From Promethearchaeota archaeon (GTDB taxonomy: Archaea; Asgardarchaeota; Lokiarchaeia; Sigyniarchaeales; SOKP01): a stretch of DNA of 50,820 bases. Shown here in pieces: positions 1 to 9,468 of this stretch (position 1 is the first letter of the stretch; each line of letters begins with the position of its first letter). A program made the position numbers and the translations under genes. Location: assembly GCA_016839745.1 (NCBI GenBank), contig JAEOTS010000001.1, positions 1-50,820 on the forward strand, given 5' to 3'. The notes under the pieces are model-generated. The model made no database searches. It was not told where the DNA came from and saw nothing but the letters and a program-made list of their open reading frames with translations.

Positions 1-2
1 AA

Positions 3-638
3 AGCTAAAATCTCTATAACAATTAAAGATAGCAATCCTCCTACTAAATTACTAAAAAGTCCTAAAATAATTGTAATTACCCCTAATGAGAACCATTTTA
101 TTCTATTTTTAGTTTCTCCCTCTATTTTTCTATTTATTACTATATATCTTAAAGCAGCATATATGGCTAGAAATATCCGAATAGCATTTACAAAAATTAA
201 CAACCCGGGAAGAGTATGAGTATTGACTATACCAAGGGCGTAATCACCCATGTCTAGATAGGGAGGAAATATAAAATAACCAATACTCATGGCGAAGAAT
301 ATGATTAGCATAGTTCCTAGATACTTCATGCTCATGGCGATCTTGGTATGTTTTTCTAACACAAACAGGGTCATTGTGAGGGAAATTGAGTTAAAATTGA
401 AAAAGATATGGGCTGTCACCATTAGTGGAATAATTATATCCTTATTATTTAAAATTAAATGGTAAATAGCATAGATTGTAAATCCTAAGGACGAGGATAT
501 AAAGTATAAGGCAAACCATCTATTCAACAAGTCACTTTTGTTTAAAGAAAGAACCCGTAATCCAATAATTAGTGCTATAACGGCTGTGATTATTGTCGTG
601 ATTATTTTTAGTATATTTAGAGGATCCAAATTAGACAA
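3..638 (-). CDS. Polytopic membrane protein (HisKA_7TM-like N-terminal sensor type), runs off the window's left edge
   Basis: Manual translation from TTG at 638 (alternative 629): LSNLDPLNILKIITTIITAVIALIIGLRVLSLNKSDLLNRWFALYF...; open to the edge with at least 6 hydrophobic segments; absent from the ORF track because its stop lies outside the window. Confidence 0.7.
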   Translation of the reverse strand, partial: MSNLDPLNILKIITTIITAVIALIIGLRVLSLNKSDLLNRWFALYFISSSLGFTIYAIYHLILNNKDIIIPLMVTAHIFFNFNSISLTMTLFVLEKHTKIAMSMKYLGTMLIIFFAMSIGYFIFPPYLDMGDYALGIVNTHTLPGLLIFVNAIRIFLAIYAALRYIVINRKIEGETKNRIKWFSLGVITIILGLFSNLVGGLLSLIVIEILA

Positions 639-893
639 ACCTTCTAATTTAATTATTTTTTATATAGTAATTAGGCGCATATAAAATATATATAACTGCT
701 TTTTCGATTATCATACAATTATTAATAGTGGTTTTTTCCTATTATTCGCGTTATAAAAGGGAATAAAGCGCAAATATTAAAAATATTGATGGAGATTTAT
801 TATGTGCAATTTACTTCTTCGAGTGAAGAAGTATAAATAGGTATAAAATATATATAAATCATCTTAATGAGATATATTAGGAGTAGAGATTAA

Positions 894-1676
894 ATGATAT
901 CGTTTGAAGCAGAGAGAAATCCCCCTTGGTTTTTCCCGTATATAGAAAATTTTTCCCACATTATGTTAGAAATGAGATTTAGGACTGAAGACTCTTCAGT
1001 CGAGATGTTTAACTTTTCGCTTGATTTAGAAATTCAGGGATTTGAAGGGATGATATTTTATATTTACAAACCTTCACTAAATAAGATAGAATTCGAAATT
1101 CTCGATCACCGAACCGAGCTTATCCATACAATAAAGAATCTCTATATTAATGTGAACGATTATACTTCTTCAGACTCGTTAGACTTCATTATTATTCCTT
1201 TTGGTCATTTTAAAGAGAACCATAAGTTTATTCCGGTGCTTCATAGTGGAAAATTAGCGTCTAACTATCAAACTTTTACATGGACTCCTTCGCTACTCTT
1301 TAAAAACATTAAATCGGTAATTAAAATCGCAAATAAATACGACGAAATAATCGCAAGGGAATATTTTGATCGATATTATTACCAATTTGATAACTCATTT
1401 AAAGGAAATAAGACAGAATATCTGTTTAGTCTTATTAACATTCTCGTTCGGCTCGAAGATATTCCCAATATTGACCCTTTGGTATCCAAGGTAAAGGTAT
1501 TAATCTCAAAAACGAACGAAATGCTTTTCGAGCTATGTCAAAGGTCCATTCCTTTAGAAATGATAAATCTTCTTAAAGAAATCGAAAGGTTAAAATTTAA
1601 CCTTGATAATTTATCGAAGGAAGAGATTTTTAACTGGCTAGACGATTTACTGAACTTTTACAGCAATACGATTTAG
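894..1676 (+). CDS. Hypothetical protein
   Basis: 260-aa ORF with GGAG upstream; no recognisable motif; helical C-terminal half. Confidence 0.6.
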   Translation: MISFEAERNPPWFFPYIENFSHIMLEMRFRTEDSSVEMFNFSLDLEIQGFEGMIFYIYKPSLNKIEFEILDHRTELIHTIKNLYINVNDYTSSDSLDFIIIPFGHFKENHKFIPVLHSGKLASNYQTFTWTPSLLFKNIKSVIKIANKYDEIIAREYFDRYYYQFDNSFKGNKTEYLFSLINILVRLEDIPNIDPLVSKVKVLISKTNEMLFELCQRSIPLEMINLLKEIERLKFNLDNLSKEEIFNWLDDLLNFYSNTI

Positions 1677-1742
1677 AAGGTGCTATTTTTAATAAAACCC
1701 ATCTAACTTTGCCTTTTATTAAAGAATAAAAGAAAAATTTTC

Positions 1743-2294
1743 TTAGTCTTGTTTTTTAATCTTTTTAATGATAAGTAATACTAGCGCTATCAAGAAGAAG
1801 ATTGCCCCGACTAACAAGAACCCGAATTTAATTGTTGCCGATACCGAAGCAATTAACGGTACGAACGATGCAAAATTTGGTGTCTCGTTTAGCATAATTA
1901 GTAAATTAATATTTTCAATTAAATCAAAAATTCCAGCCACGATTGGTGTTAGGCTCATATAGAGTCCGATGGTTGTCATTCTGTCTTCTAGTCTTCTCGA
2001 AAGGTATAATATCAAAGCAAAAAGAGGTATAACGTAACCAAAGATGTAAAGAAAATCCCAATATACTCCCGCTGCTTGCAATGTCATTCCATCGGGGCCC
2101 CATGTGAAGAATATCGTTAAAATTTGCTCTTTAGTCCACGCAAATTCGAAATCTAAGATGCCATACAGATAAACAGATTTTGCCATTGTTTCAAAAATCA
2201 AGATATTGATGGTTAGAAGAATTATGATACCAATTGCCGCTGCTATCAGTAGTAATAAATCACTGGGATATTTTTTCAATCTATCTAAAATCAT
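1743..2294 (-). CDS. Membrane protein, about 4 TM
   Basis: Hydrophobic segments, DFLYIFGY and FDLIENI motifs, basic C-terminus. Confidence 0.65.
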   Translation of the reverse strand: MILDRLKKYPSDLLLLIAAAIGIIILLTINILIFETMAKSVYLYGILDFEFAWTKEQILTIFFTWGPDGMTLQAAGVYWDFLYIFGYVIPLFALILYLSRRLEDRMTTIGLYMSLTPIVAGIFDLIENINLLIMLNETPNFASFVPLIASVSATIKFGFLLVGAIFFLIALVLLIIKKIKKQD

Positions 2295-2471
2295 ACTTTT
2301 ACACTAAAAATTATGATACTATGTTAAGATAAAATATTATGTTAAGTTATATAAAGGATTCGCGTAAAATAAAAAGAGATTAATGATAGATATTTAACCC
2401 ATTATAATCATTAATTTTTTTTAGATTAGAATATTAAAAAGTATAGTTAAAATTGCTTTGCTTAATAATCA

Positions 2472-2714
2472 ATGTGTCTCGCGATTCCTGGTAAAATTGT
2501 CAAAATCGATGGAAATTCCGCACTAGTTGATTTTGATGGAATACAACAAGAAGTCATCATTGCTTTAGTTTTAAATCCTGAAGTTGGGAAATATGTTATT
2601 GTTCACGCTGGCTATGCTATTGAGCAAATGGAAGAAAAAGACGCATTAGAAGCGATCGAACAGTGGAAAGAAATCGCAGACGATCAAAGCCTTGATTTGT
2701 CTGATATGTTATAA
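2472..2714 (+). CDS. hypC: [NiFe]-hydrogenase maturation chaperone HypC/HupF
   Basis: N-terminal MCLAIPGK, plus VDFDG and YVIVHAGYAI signature motifs. Confidence 0.95.
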   Translation: MCLAIPGKIVKIDGNSALVDFDGIQQEVIIALVLNPEVGKYVIVHAGYAIEQMEEKDALEAIEQWKEIADDQSLDLSDML

Positions 2715-2738
2715 GTGATATATCTAAAAAAAAATAGA

Positions 2739-2975
2739 CTATTTCTTCTTTTGGTCAGTACTTGATAGTACTAAATACCACGCATTAGAGAAAATCGCAA
2801 TAGTTATGAAAAGCAACATAACGACATCAAGAACTAAGTTCGCATTTCCGAACATTTCAAAGATAAACGCCGAAATCAAGCATAACATCCCTAAGACCAG
2901 TAAATTTTCTTTTTTCTTCACCATCTTGATCTCATCCCTCCTTTTAGTAATTTTCATATTTTTGGATTGCTCCAA
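2739..2975 (-). CDS. Small 2-TM membrane protein (true start probably a downstream ATG)
   Basis: Two hydrophobic stretches and a KKK tail. Confidence 0.5.
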   Translation of the reverse strand: MEQSKNMKITKRRDEIKMVKKKENLLVLGMLCLISAFIFEMFGNANLVLDVVMLLFITIAIFSNAWYLVLSSTDQKKK

Positions 2976-3083
2976 TCTACAAGATAAAATTAGAATATTT
3001 ATTGCTAATATATATAGTCTATATATATCATCTCTTAGTTATGAAACGAGAAAAATAAGGAGGAAAAGAATACACCAACCGCG

Positions 3084-3887
3084 CTATAAATCAAATAATT
3101 CTAATTTTAACTTCTTTAACTTACTAAAAAGTCCTTTAATAGAGTTAATAGCTTTTGAATTAGAATTAAAATCTAAAGGAGAAGCACCGTCCAAATCAGC
3201 TTTCCCAATTTCGAGATCGAAAGGAATAGAATGATACAATGGGACATTCCAATTTTTAATTCGATCGTTAATAATATCTATTTGCGAATCATCGATTACT
3301 TTATTAGCAATAAGGTAAACATTGATTACACCTAATTTTTTCGATAATTCTATTATTTTTTGACAGAGATCCAAGGATTTTTGTGAGGGTTCAGTTACAA
3401 CTAGCATAACATCGATTCCTTTGGCAGTTCCGCGTCCTAAGTGTTCTAAACCTGCTTCAAAATCTACCACCACAACTTCATCTCGTTTTACAAGTAAATT
3501 GTATAGTAGCGTTCTTATTAACGCATTTTCCGGACATAAACAGCCAGTAGCAGGTTCTTCAATACCTCCAAGTACTAAAAGCTGTAAACCGTCTGGACCT
3601 GTGACTTTAAACCTATCGGGAATGTCAGAAACATCGGGATTAATGTTATAAACTCCAGGACCTGCTCCCTTAACCACTGTGCGCTCTTCTATCATATTTT
3701 TCATTTCTGATATCGGAACGATTTTTGATTTAACTTCTTCTTCAATTCCCAGCGTATAACTTAAGTTCATCGCCGAGTCGTTATCGATTGCTAACACTTT
3801 AAAACCATCCTTGGCAAATAGCCTGGCTAAAGTCCCAGCAACTAAGGTCTTACCAACCCCGCCCTTACCAGATATTGCTATTTTAAT
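3084..3887 (-). CDS. cooC: CO dehydrogenase/acetyl-CoA synthase nickel-insertion ATPase CooC
   Basis: GCLCPEN metal motif and DFEAGLEHLGRG. The frame extends 30 codons upstream of the track ORF to KIAISGKGGVGKT (deviant Walker A); inferred ATT start at 3887 after GGGGA, with an in-frame TAA just upstream. Confidence 0.9.
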   Translation of the reverse strand: MKIAISGKGGVGKTLVAGTLARLFAKDGFKVLAIDNDSAMNLSYTLGIEEEVKSKIVPISEMKNMIEERTVVKGAGPGVYNINPDVSDIPDRFKVTGPDGLQLLVLGGIEEPATGCLCPENALIRTLLYNLLVKRDEVVVVDFEAGLEHLGRGTAKGIDVMLVVTEPSQKSLDLCQKIIELSKKLGVINVYLIANKVIDDSQIDIINDRIKNWNVPLYHSIPFDLEIGKADLDGASPLDFNSNSKAINSIKGLFSKLKKLKLELFDL

Positions 3888-4058
3888 AATTATTCCCCTT
3901 TAATTACTATTCTTTTATATATGTTATTTTATTAAGGGTATAAAATCTTGAGATTTATTTCTGTAAATGACAACAAATAATTGTTTATCATTGATAAGAA
4001 ATTTACCTAATTATTAATAATATATTACCTTAGAAGGAGTTGGAACAATTGCATAAAT

Positions 4059-4328
4059 TTAGCAAGTTTTACCCATAAACTGCATTCTTTTGGATATTTT
4101 CATCATTTCCTTAAAAATTTTAGAGTTTTCTTCTGGATCCTTGCAAGCGATCAATTTATCGTTTAAAACCTTGATTTTTACTATCGATTCGGTGAATTGC
4201 TTAGGAGCTTTTATTTGATAATGATAAACTAACTCTCCGTTGTCTTTGCTCTCAATAAAAACCCATTTATTATCTTCTTGAGACCAATTCCATCTGTTAA
4301 TAGTAAATCCTCTTGTCATGCTATTCAA
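4059..4328 (-). CDS. Hypothetical protein
   Basis: 89-aa ORF co-oriented with its neighbours; no motif recognised. Confidence 0.5.
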   Translation of the reverse strand: MNSMTRGFTINRWNWSQEDNKWVFIESKDNGELVYHYQIKAPKQFTESIVKIKVLNDKLIACKDPEENSKIFKEMMKISKRMQFMGKTC

Positions 4329-4461
4329 TCGTTGAAAAAAGATTTAGATTAGATAGAAAACATGTAACTAATAGCTTATACCTTATTCTTAATTAATATT
4401 TTATTTGAATGGGTATATATTTTTTTACCAAAAAAAGATATTAACTGAGTAATAAAAAAAA

Positions 4462-5916
4462 TTATTGGATATCTAACTTCGAGAGCATTTCTACAGCAGC
4501 TTCTCGAACATCAGGATCTCTATCCACTTGAAGAATTTTTAATAATTCAGCTATTTCGCTATACTCAAAATTACGTAGAGCTTTTATTAGATAGAGTTTT
4601 ACGATCCAATCTTCATCTTTAACGAGTTCTTTCAATTCATCGAAAATTTTAGGTCCATTAATTGCGCTTAGTATCTTTATGGCGTAGGTTTTAGAATCTC
4701 GATTATCACTCTTTAAATCTTCTATAAGTTGATCTACGATTAAAGTTTTATAATCATTAGTGAGCATCTTATACATCCTAAAAAATAATGTGGGGGGATA
4801 GTGCTCAAAAACAGTTTGCTTAGGGATAGTATCAAGTTCAACGCGATCCTCTATCGTGTCTTCTAGGACTTTTAATTCCACAATTAAATCGCTCAGTTGT
4901 CTATTAGCAGTTTCGATCTTCTGCAACTTAAGATTTAGGATATTTAATTCTTCGTCTTTTTCTAAAGCTTTCTGTCGAAGTTCATCCAATTTTTGATCTT
5001 CAATTTTAGCTTTTTCTTCTAGTTCATTTTCGATGTTTTGGTCCCGCTGTTTTAGATTTTTAATGATTGTTATATTAGTATTTATTATATTTTTCAAATC
5101 ATTATTTTCTACTTCTAAGTCGAATAGTTTTTGATTTATTTCTTCGTAGTCCGTACCTTTTTCAACTTCCATAATTTGTTCTTCTTGAAGTTTTACGGTT
5201 TCTTCTAATTTTTTCTGGAGGTAATTGACTTTTTCCTGATATTGATCGTTGTCAAAAGTTAACTGATCTAGAATTTTATTTACTTCATTTATTTCGTGTA
5301 AATATTGAGTTTTTAGAGCTTCGTTCTCCTGTTCTATTCTTTTTAATTCTTCGATTTCATGCCTCGAAGATTCGATTTGGACGCGATTGATACCGTTTTC
5401 TTCCGTTAGTTTAATAATTAATTTTTTTGCATCTATTAGTTCAGGATTATCTTCTCCAACTTTGATCGTTGTTTCGTCTTTTTTGCTCTGCAACTCTATT
5501 ATTGCGTTAGTTAAATCTTCAACTTGTTTTTTATACAATTCGTTTTCTTCAGTTAATTGCACGATTTCTTTGTTGGCATAAATTAATTCTTCGTTTTCTC
5601 CCTCGAATTTTTGTACATTTTCCAATTCTGTAGATATATCGGCGATAGCTTGTTGGAGAATCTCAATATCCTTATCCTTCTTAATTATATCTTGACGCTG
5701 TTCCGATACTAAATCTTTTAATACTGTAATGTCTTTGGGGATGTTATTTTCAGAAATTTTTGATTTTTGGTTTTGGATAATTTGTTTTTGTTCGCTCACG
5801 GTAAAATTAAGACGCTGTACTTCCTCCTTCAAATACCTAATCATGGTTTCTAAATCGGAGTGCGCTTGGTTCGCAGAATCAACTGAATCTATTAAATCTT
5901 TTAATTCTTTACTCAT
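4462..5916 (-). CDS. Long coiled-coil protein with C-terminal HEAT repeats
   Basis: About 350 aa of E/K/Q/L heptad pattern; C-terminal DEDWIVKLYLIKAL and DRDPDVREAAVEML HEAT-like repeats. Confidence 0.8.
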   Translation of the reverse strand: MSKELKDLIDSVDSANQAHSDLETMIRYLKEEVQRLNFTVSEQKQIIQNQKSKISENNIPKDITVLKDLVSEQRQDIIKKDKDIEILQQAIADISTELENVQKFEGENEELIYANKEIVQLTEENELYKKQVEDLTNAIIELQSKKDETTIKVGEDNPELIDAKKLIIKLTEENGINRVQIESSRHEIEELKRIEQENEALKTQYLHEINEVNKILDQLTFDNDQYQEKVNYLQKKLEETVKLQEEQIMEVEKGTDYEEINQKLFDLEVENNDLKNIINTNITIIKNLKQRDQNIENELEEKAKIEDQKLDELRQKALEKDEELNILNLKLQKIETANRQLSDLIVELKVLEDTIEDRVELDTIPKQTVFEHYPPTLFFRMYKMLTNDYKTLIVDQLIEDLKSDNRDSKTYAIKILSAINGPKIFDELKELVKDEDWIVKLYLIKALRNFEYSEIAELLKILQVDRDPDVREAAVEMLSKLDIQ

Positions 5917-6020
5917 TTTAAAAGCAAAATAATGATCTAATTTGAATTATTAATAAAGCCATTGGCTAATAAATCTTTTGATCGTAATCTTTAAAAAACA
6001 TTCGATATTTGTATTTCAAT

Positions 6021-6030
6021 TAATATATAA
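6021..6030 (+). promoter_or_regulatory. TATA-box-like element, conserved in both repeat units (second copy 6285-6294)
   Basis: taatatataa is identical in both copies, about 65 nt upstream of each ATG. Confidence 0.45.
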
Positions 6031-6094
6031 TGGATTTTAAAAAAAAATAGGTTAAATAAAATTACATAGTCGATCAAAGTGGGGGTTTATCTTT

Positions 6095-6241
6095 ATGGAG
6101 GATGAAAATTTATGTAATGAATATGAAGGTAGAGAAGAATTTGACGATGATGATGAGTGGGAAGAAGATGACGAAGATTACGACGACGACGAAGATGGTG
6201 AAGACTATAATGATGGTGATTGGGACGAAGAAGACGATTAA
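6095..6241 (+). CDS. 48-aa highly acidic micro-protein, copy 1
   Basis: MEDENLCNEYEGREEFDDDDEWEEDDEDYDDDEDGEDYNDGDWDEEDD*; GGGGG SD-like run upstream; paralog next door. Confidence 0.75.
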   Translation: MEDENLCNEYEGREEFDDDDEWEEDDEDYDDDEDGEDYNDGDWDEEDD

Positions 6242-6356
6242 CTGATCGTAATCTTTAAAAAACATTAGTGATTAATATTTCAAATAATATATAATGGATT
6301 TAAAAAAAAAAAGTTAAATTAAATTACATAAATAATCAAATCAGGGGTTGGTTATT

Positions 6357-6521
6357 ATGGAGGACAAAAATTTATTTAATAAATTTAGAGATAGAGAAGA
6401 TCTAGATTTAGGATATGATTATGACGATGATGATGATTGGGACGATGAATTCGAAGATTACGATGATGATGATGACTTTGACGACTATAATGATGGAGAA
6501 TGGGATGAAGAAGACTTTTAA
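6357..6521 (+). CDS. 54-aa highly acidic micro-protein, copy 2
   Basis: MEDKNLFNKFRDREDLDLGYDYDDDDDWDDEFEDYDDDDDFDDYNDGEWDEEDF*; AGGGG upstream; length differs from copy 1 by a multiple of three. Confidence 0.75.
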   Translation: MEDKNLFNKFRDREDLDLGYDYDDDDDWDDEFEDYDDDDDFDDYNDGEWDEEDF

Positions 6522-6601
6522 CTCATATCTTTAACTTTTCTAGCTTAAAAAAAGAAAAATATATTATTAAAAATTGATAAAAAAGAAGTAAGTTCGAGAG
6601 A

Positions 6602-7078
6602 TTAAATAATTTCAATTTTTTTTATTTTATCTCCTTTTCTTATAGCATCCACTACAACTTGATCTGCGGGACCTATAACTTCTCCAAAGATTGTGTGTTT
6701 GTTATTCAGGTGCGGAGTAGGTACGTGAGTTATGAAAAACTGTGAACCATTCGTGCTTGGTCCAGCGTTTGCCATTGCTAAAATACCTGGTTTGTTGAAG
6801 ACTTTTCCTGACTTAAACTCGTCTGCATAAGGATACGATATCTCCCGGCCCTGAAATGGAAATGAGTGTACTCCAACAGCTTTAGGGCCTCCCGTACCAT
6901 TACCAAGAGGGTCGCCTCCTTGAATCATAAAGTCTGCTATAACTCGATGGAAAACAATCCCGTCGTAAAAACCTTTTTTTGCTAAAAACAAAAAGCTCGA
7001 AACTGTTAATGGCGCTTCGTTGTCAAATAAATTAAGATTGATGTCTCCTTTAGTAGTTATAATTTTTACTTTTGTCAT
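6602..7078 (-). CDS. Cyclophilin-type peptidyl-prolyl cis-trans isomerase
   Basis: FHRVIADFMIQGGDPLGNGTGGP, LAMANAGPSTNGSQFFIT and HTIFGEV. Confidence 0.97.
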   Translation of the reverse strand: MTKVKIITTKGDINLNLFDNEAPLTVSSFLFLAKKGFYDGIVFHRVIADFMIQGGDPLGNGTGGPKAVGVHSFPFQGREISYPYADEFKSGKVFNKPGILAMANAGPSTNGSQFFITHVPTPHLNNKHTIFGEVIGPADQVVVDAIRKGDKIKKIEII

Positions 7079-7243
7079 AATATTTCGTATAGTGAGTTAT
7101 AATTAAAAAACAATTGTACTGGTAAACTAAGACATGTGTAGGTCAAAACTCATCTCCTATTCAAAAAATATAAATACTTTTAAATTAATAGTAATAAAAC
7201 TCTGTAAGGATTAATCTTAAAATCAACTAGCGTTCGTTTAATA

Positions 7244-9412
7244 ATGGTCAAAAATAACGATATATCTTTCTTTTTTAACCCGAAAAGCATTGCAGTCATT
7301 GGAGCGAGTGGAACCCCAGGTAAAGTGGGATATAATGTGTTAAAAAACATTATTGACTCGAAATATTCTGGTAAATTATACCCTATAAATCCTAAAGCGA
7401 ATGAGATACTAGGAAATAAAGCTTACAAGAGTGTTTTTGATGTTCAAGAAAATATTGAAATAGCGATAGTTGTCATTCCAGGGAAATTTGTAAATCAAAT
7501 TGCAGATGAGTGTGGAAAAAAAGGTATAAAAGGATTGGTCGTCATTACTGCCGGGTTTAAAGAAATCGGTGGGGAAGGCATTAAGCGAGAACAAGAACTA
7601 ATTAAGATTGCTAAGAAGCATGGAATGAGAATTATAGGTCCAAACTGCCTTGGATTCATCGGTATTAATTATAATGGTTCTTTTGCTGCTAACACACCTA
7701 AAAAAGGAGAAATTGCGATGATATCTCAATCAGGTGCTATGTTAACCGGAATGATGGATTATTCTATGGACCAAGCGTTTGGTTTCTCGTGTAATATTAG
7801 TTTAGGTAATAAAGCCGATCTGGACGAAGTTGATTTTATTGAATATTTAGCTGAAGATCCAAACACGAAAGTCATTTTATGCTATTTAGAGAGCATTGAA
7901 AATGGAAATAAGTTTTTAGAAGTAGTCTCAAAAGTTGCACGAAAGAAACCAATAATTATCTTAAAATCGGGTGTCAGTGCTGCTGGAGCTAGAGCGGCTT
8001 CTAGTCATACGGGGGCTTTAGCTGGTTTGGATATTGCGTACGAGTTAGCTTTCGATAAATGTGGAGTTTTAAGAGCAAATACGATAGCAGACCTATTCGA
8101 TTATGGAGAAATTTTCTTATTCCAACCGATTCCTAAGATGAATTCTTTTGCAATAGTTACCAATGCTGGTGGTCCTGGTATCGTTGCTACAGATGCATTT
8201 GAGCGAGAAGGGTTAAAATTTGCTCAATTTTCTGAATCAATATTGCATAAGCTGCGCGAAAACTTACCAGCCGAAGCGGCAATTTTTAATCCAATTGATA
8301 TCATAGGTGACGCTTCTCCTGTTAGATATGAATTCACCATAAAGACGATATTTGGTTTAAATAATGAAGGAAGTCATGATGATATAGACGAGGACGATAT
8401 TACAACTTACGGAGCTCTTATTATTATGAGTCCACAAGCTCAAACGCAGCCAACTGATGTAGCTAAACTAATTCATAGATTATCATCTAAATCGTTATTA
8501 GATAAACCAATCGTTACAGCACTCGTAGGTGGAGTTTCAATGGTTGAAGCTACGAATTATTTAAAACAGAATCACATTCCTTGTTATCGATTTCCCGAAA
8601 GAGCTGCAGAAACTCTTAAAGCAATGGTTAAATATAATGATTTCCTCAATAGAGAGTCGTACGATAAGATAGAAATTCCAAAATTTAAAGTTAAAAAAGA
8701 AAGAGTTAGAGAAATTTTCGAAAACGCTAGAAAAGAAGGGAGAACAGTATTGCTAAGTCATGAAACGAGTGAAATTTTCGAAAATTATGGTATAATATCT
8801 CCTAAATCTCGATTAGCCAGAACACCGACCGAAGCAAGTAAATTACAAAATGAAATAGGTAAATCCGTTTTAAAGATTGTCAGTCCTCAAATAATCCATA
8901 AAACAGATGTAGGGGGTATTTTTTTAAACATAGAATCAGAACAGGACGCGTTTGAGGCGTATGTGCAAATTCTTGGCAATGTTAAAAGATTTGGTCCTCA
9001 AAACGCTCGTATTTTTGGCGTAGAAGTTCAAGAAATGATTGATTTTAAGAAACAAACAAAAGTAAACGAAATAATTATTGGTATGTCTAAAGATCCGCAG
9101 TTTGGTCCGTTAATTATGTTTGGAACAGGTGGTATTTATGCAAATTTCATGAAAGACGTATCTTTTGCGTTATCGTATAAATTTTCAAAAGATAGTGCAA
9201 AGAAATTAATCGAAAATACCAAGATATTTAGCCTTTTACAAGGCGTTAGAGGCGAACCTTCGTCAGATATTGACGCAATTATAGACGTTCTGTTAAGACT
9301 TTCTCAACTAGTAAACGATTTTCCCGAGATTGTCGAATTAGATATAAATCCTCTTCTATCGTTTGTAAAGGGATACAGTGCAGTAGATATAAAGATAACA
9401 ATATCACGATAA
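7244..9412 (+). CDS. ADP-forming acetate/acyl-CoA ligase, fused alpha and beta subunits
   Basis: CoA-binding PKSIAVIGAS, GPNCLG, phospho-His SHTGALAG, TNAGGPG, ATP-grasp KIVSPQIIHKTDVGG, DPQFGP and ELDINPL. Confidence 0.93.
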   Translation: MVKNNDISFFFNPKSIAVIGASGTPGKVGYNVLKNIIDSKYSGKLYPINPKANEILGNKAYKSVFDVQENIEIAIVVIPGKFVNQIADECGKKGIKGLVVITAGFKEIGGEGIKREQELIKIAKKHGMRIIGPNCLGFIGINYNGSFAANTPKKGEIAMISQSGAMLTGMMDYSMDQAFGFSCNISLGNKADLDEVDFIEYLAEDPNTKVILCYLESIENGNKFLEVVSKVARKKPIIILKSGVSAAGARAASSHTGALAGLDIAYELAFDKCGVLRANTIADLFDYGEIFLFQPIPKMNSFAIVTNAGGPGIVATDAFEREGLKFAQFSESILHKLRENLPAEAAIFNPIDIIGDASPVRYEFTIKTIFGLNNEGSHDDIDEDDITTYGALIIMSPQAQTQPTDVAKLIHRLSSKSLLDKPIVTALVGGVSMVEATNYLKQNHIPCYRFPERAAETLKAMVKYNDFLNRESYDKIEIPKFKVKKERVREIFENARKEGRTVLLSHETSEIFENYGIISPKSRLARTPTEASKLQNEIGKSVLKIVSPQIIHKTDVGGIFLNIESEQDAFEAYVQILGNVKRFGPQNARIFGVEVQEMIDFKKQTKVNEIIIGMSKDPQFGPLIMFGTGGIYANFMKDVSFALSYKFSKDSAKKLIENTKIFSLLQGVRGEPSSDIDAIIDVLLRLSQLVNDFPEIVELDINPLLSFVKGYSAVDIKITISR

Positions 9413-9468
9413 TAGTAATAATTTAAGTTAAAATTAATATAAAAAAAAGTAAAATAAGAGTTAAAAAA

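Larger units (their letters stand above)
5979..6521 (+). repeat. Tandem direct duplication, unit about 264 bp (upstream region plus micro-ORF)
   Basis: tgatcgtaatctttaaaaaacatt at 5979 and 6243; taatatataatggattttaaaaaaaaa at 6021 and 6285; both units end in ...gactataatgatgg-tggga-gaagaagac...taa. Confidence 0.9.

Noticed and set aside
2806-3651. Track ORFs 2806-3234 and 3421-3651, and similar antisense ORFs (1768, 5387, 5729, 7409, 9304, 15327, 20546, 21332, 23823, 23873, 25658, 26006, 26204, 26681, 28817, 29616, 30226, 31480, 33190, 35183, 38187, 41318, 42657, 43583, 44141, 46178, 47111, 50444)
   Set aside because: They are opposite-strand shadows of well-supported genes, Ser/Phe/Ile-rich with no motifs
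5979-6521. CRISPR array or mobile-element repeat
   Set aside because: Only two long diverged units, each coding; no spacer structure, terminal inverted repeats or cas/transposase genes
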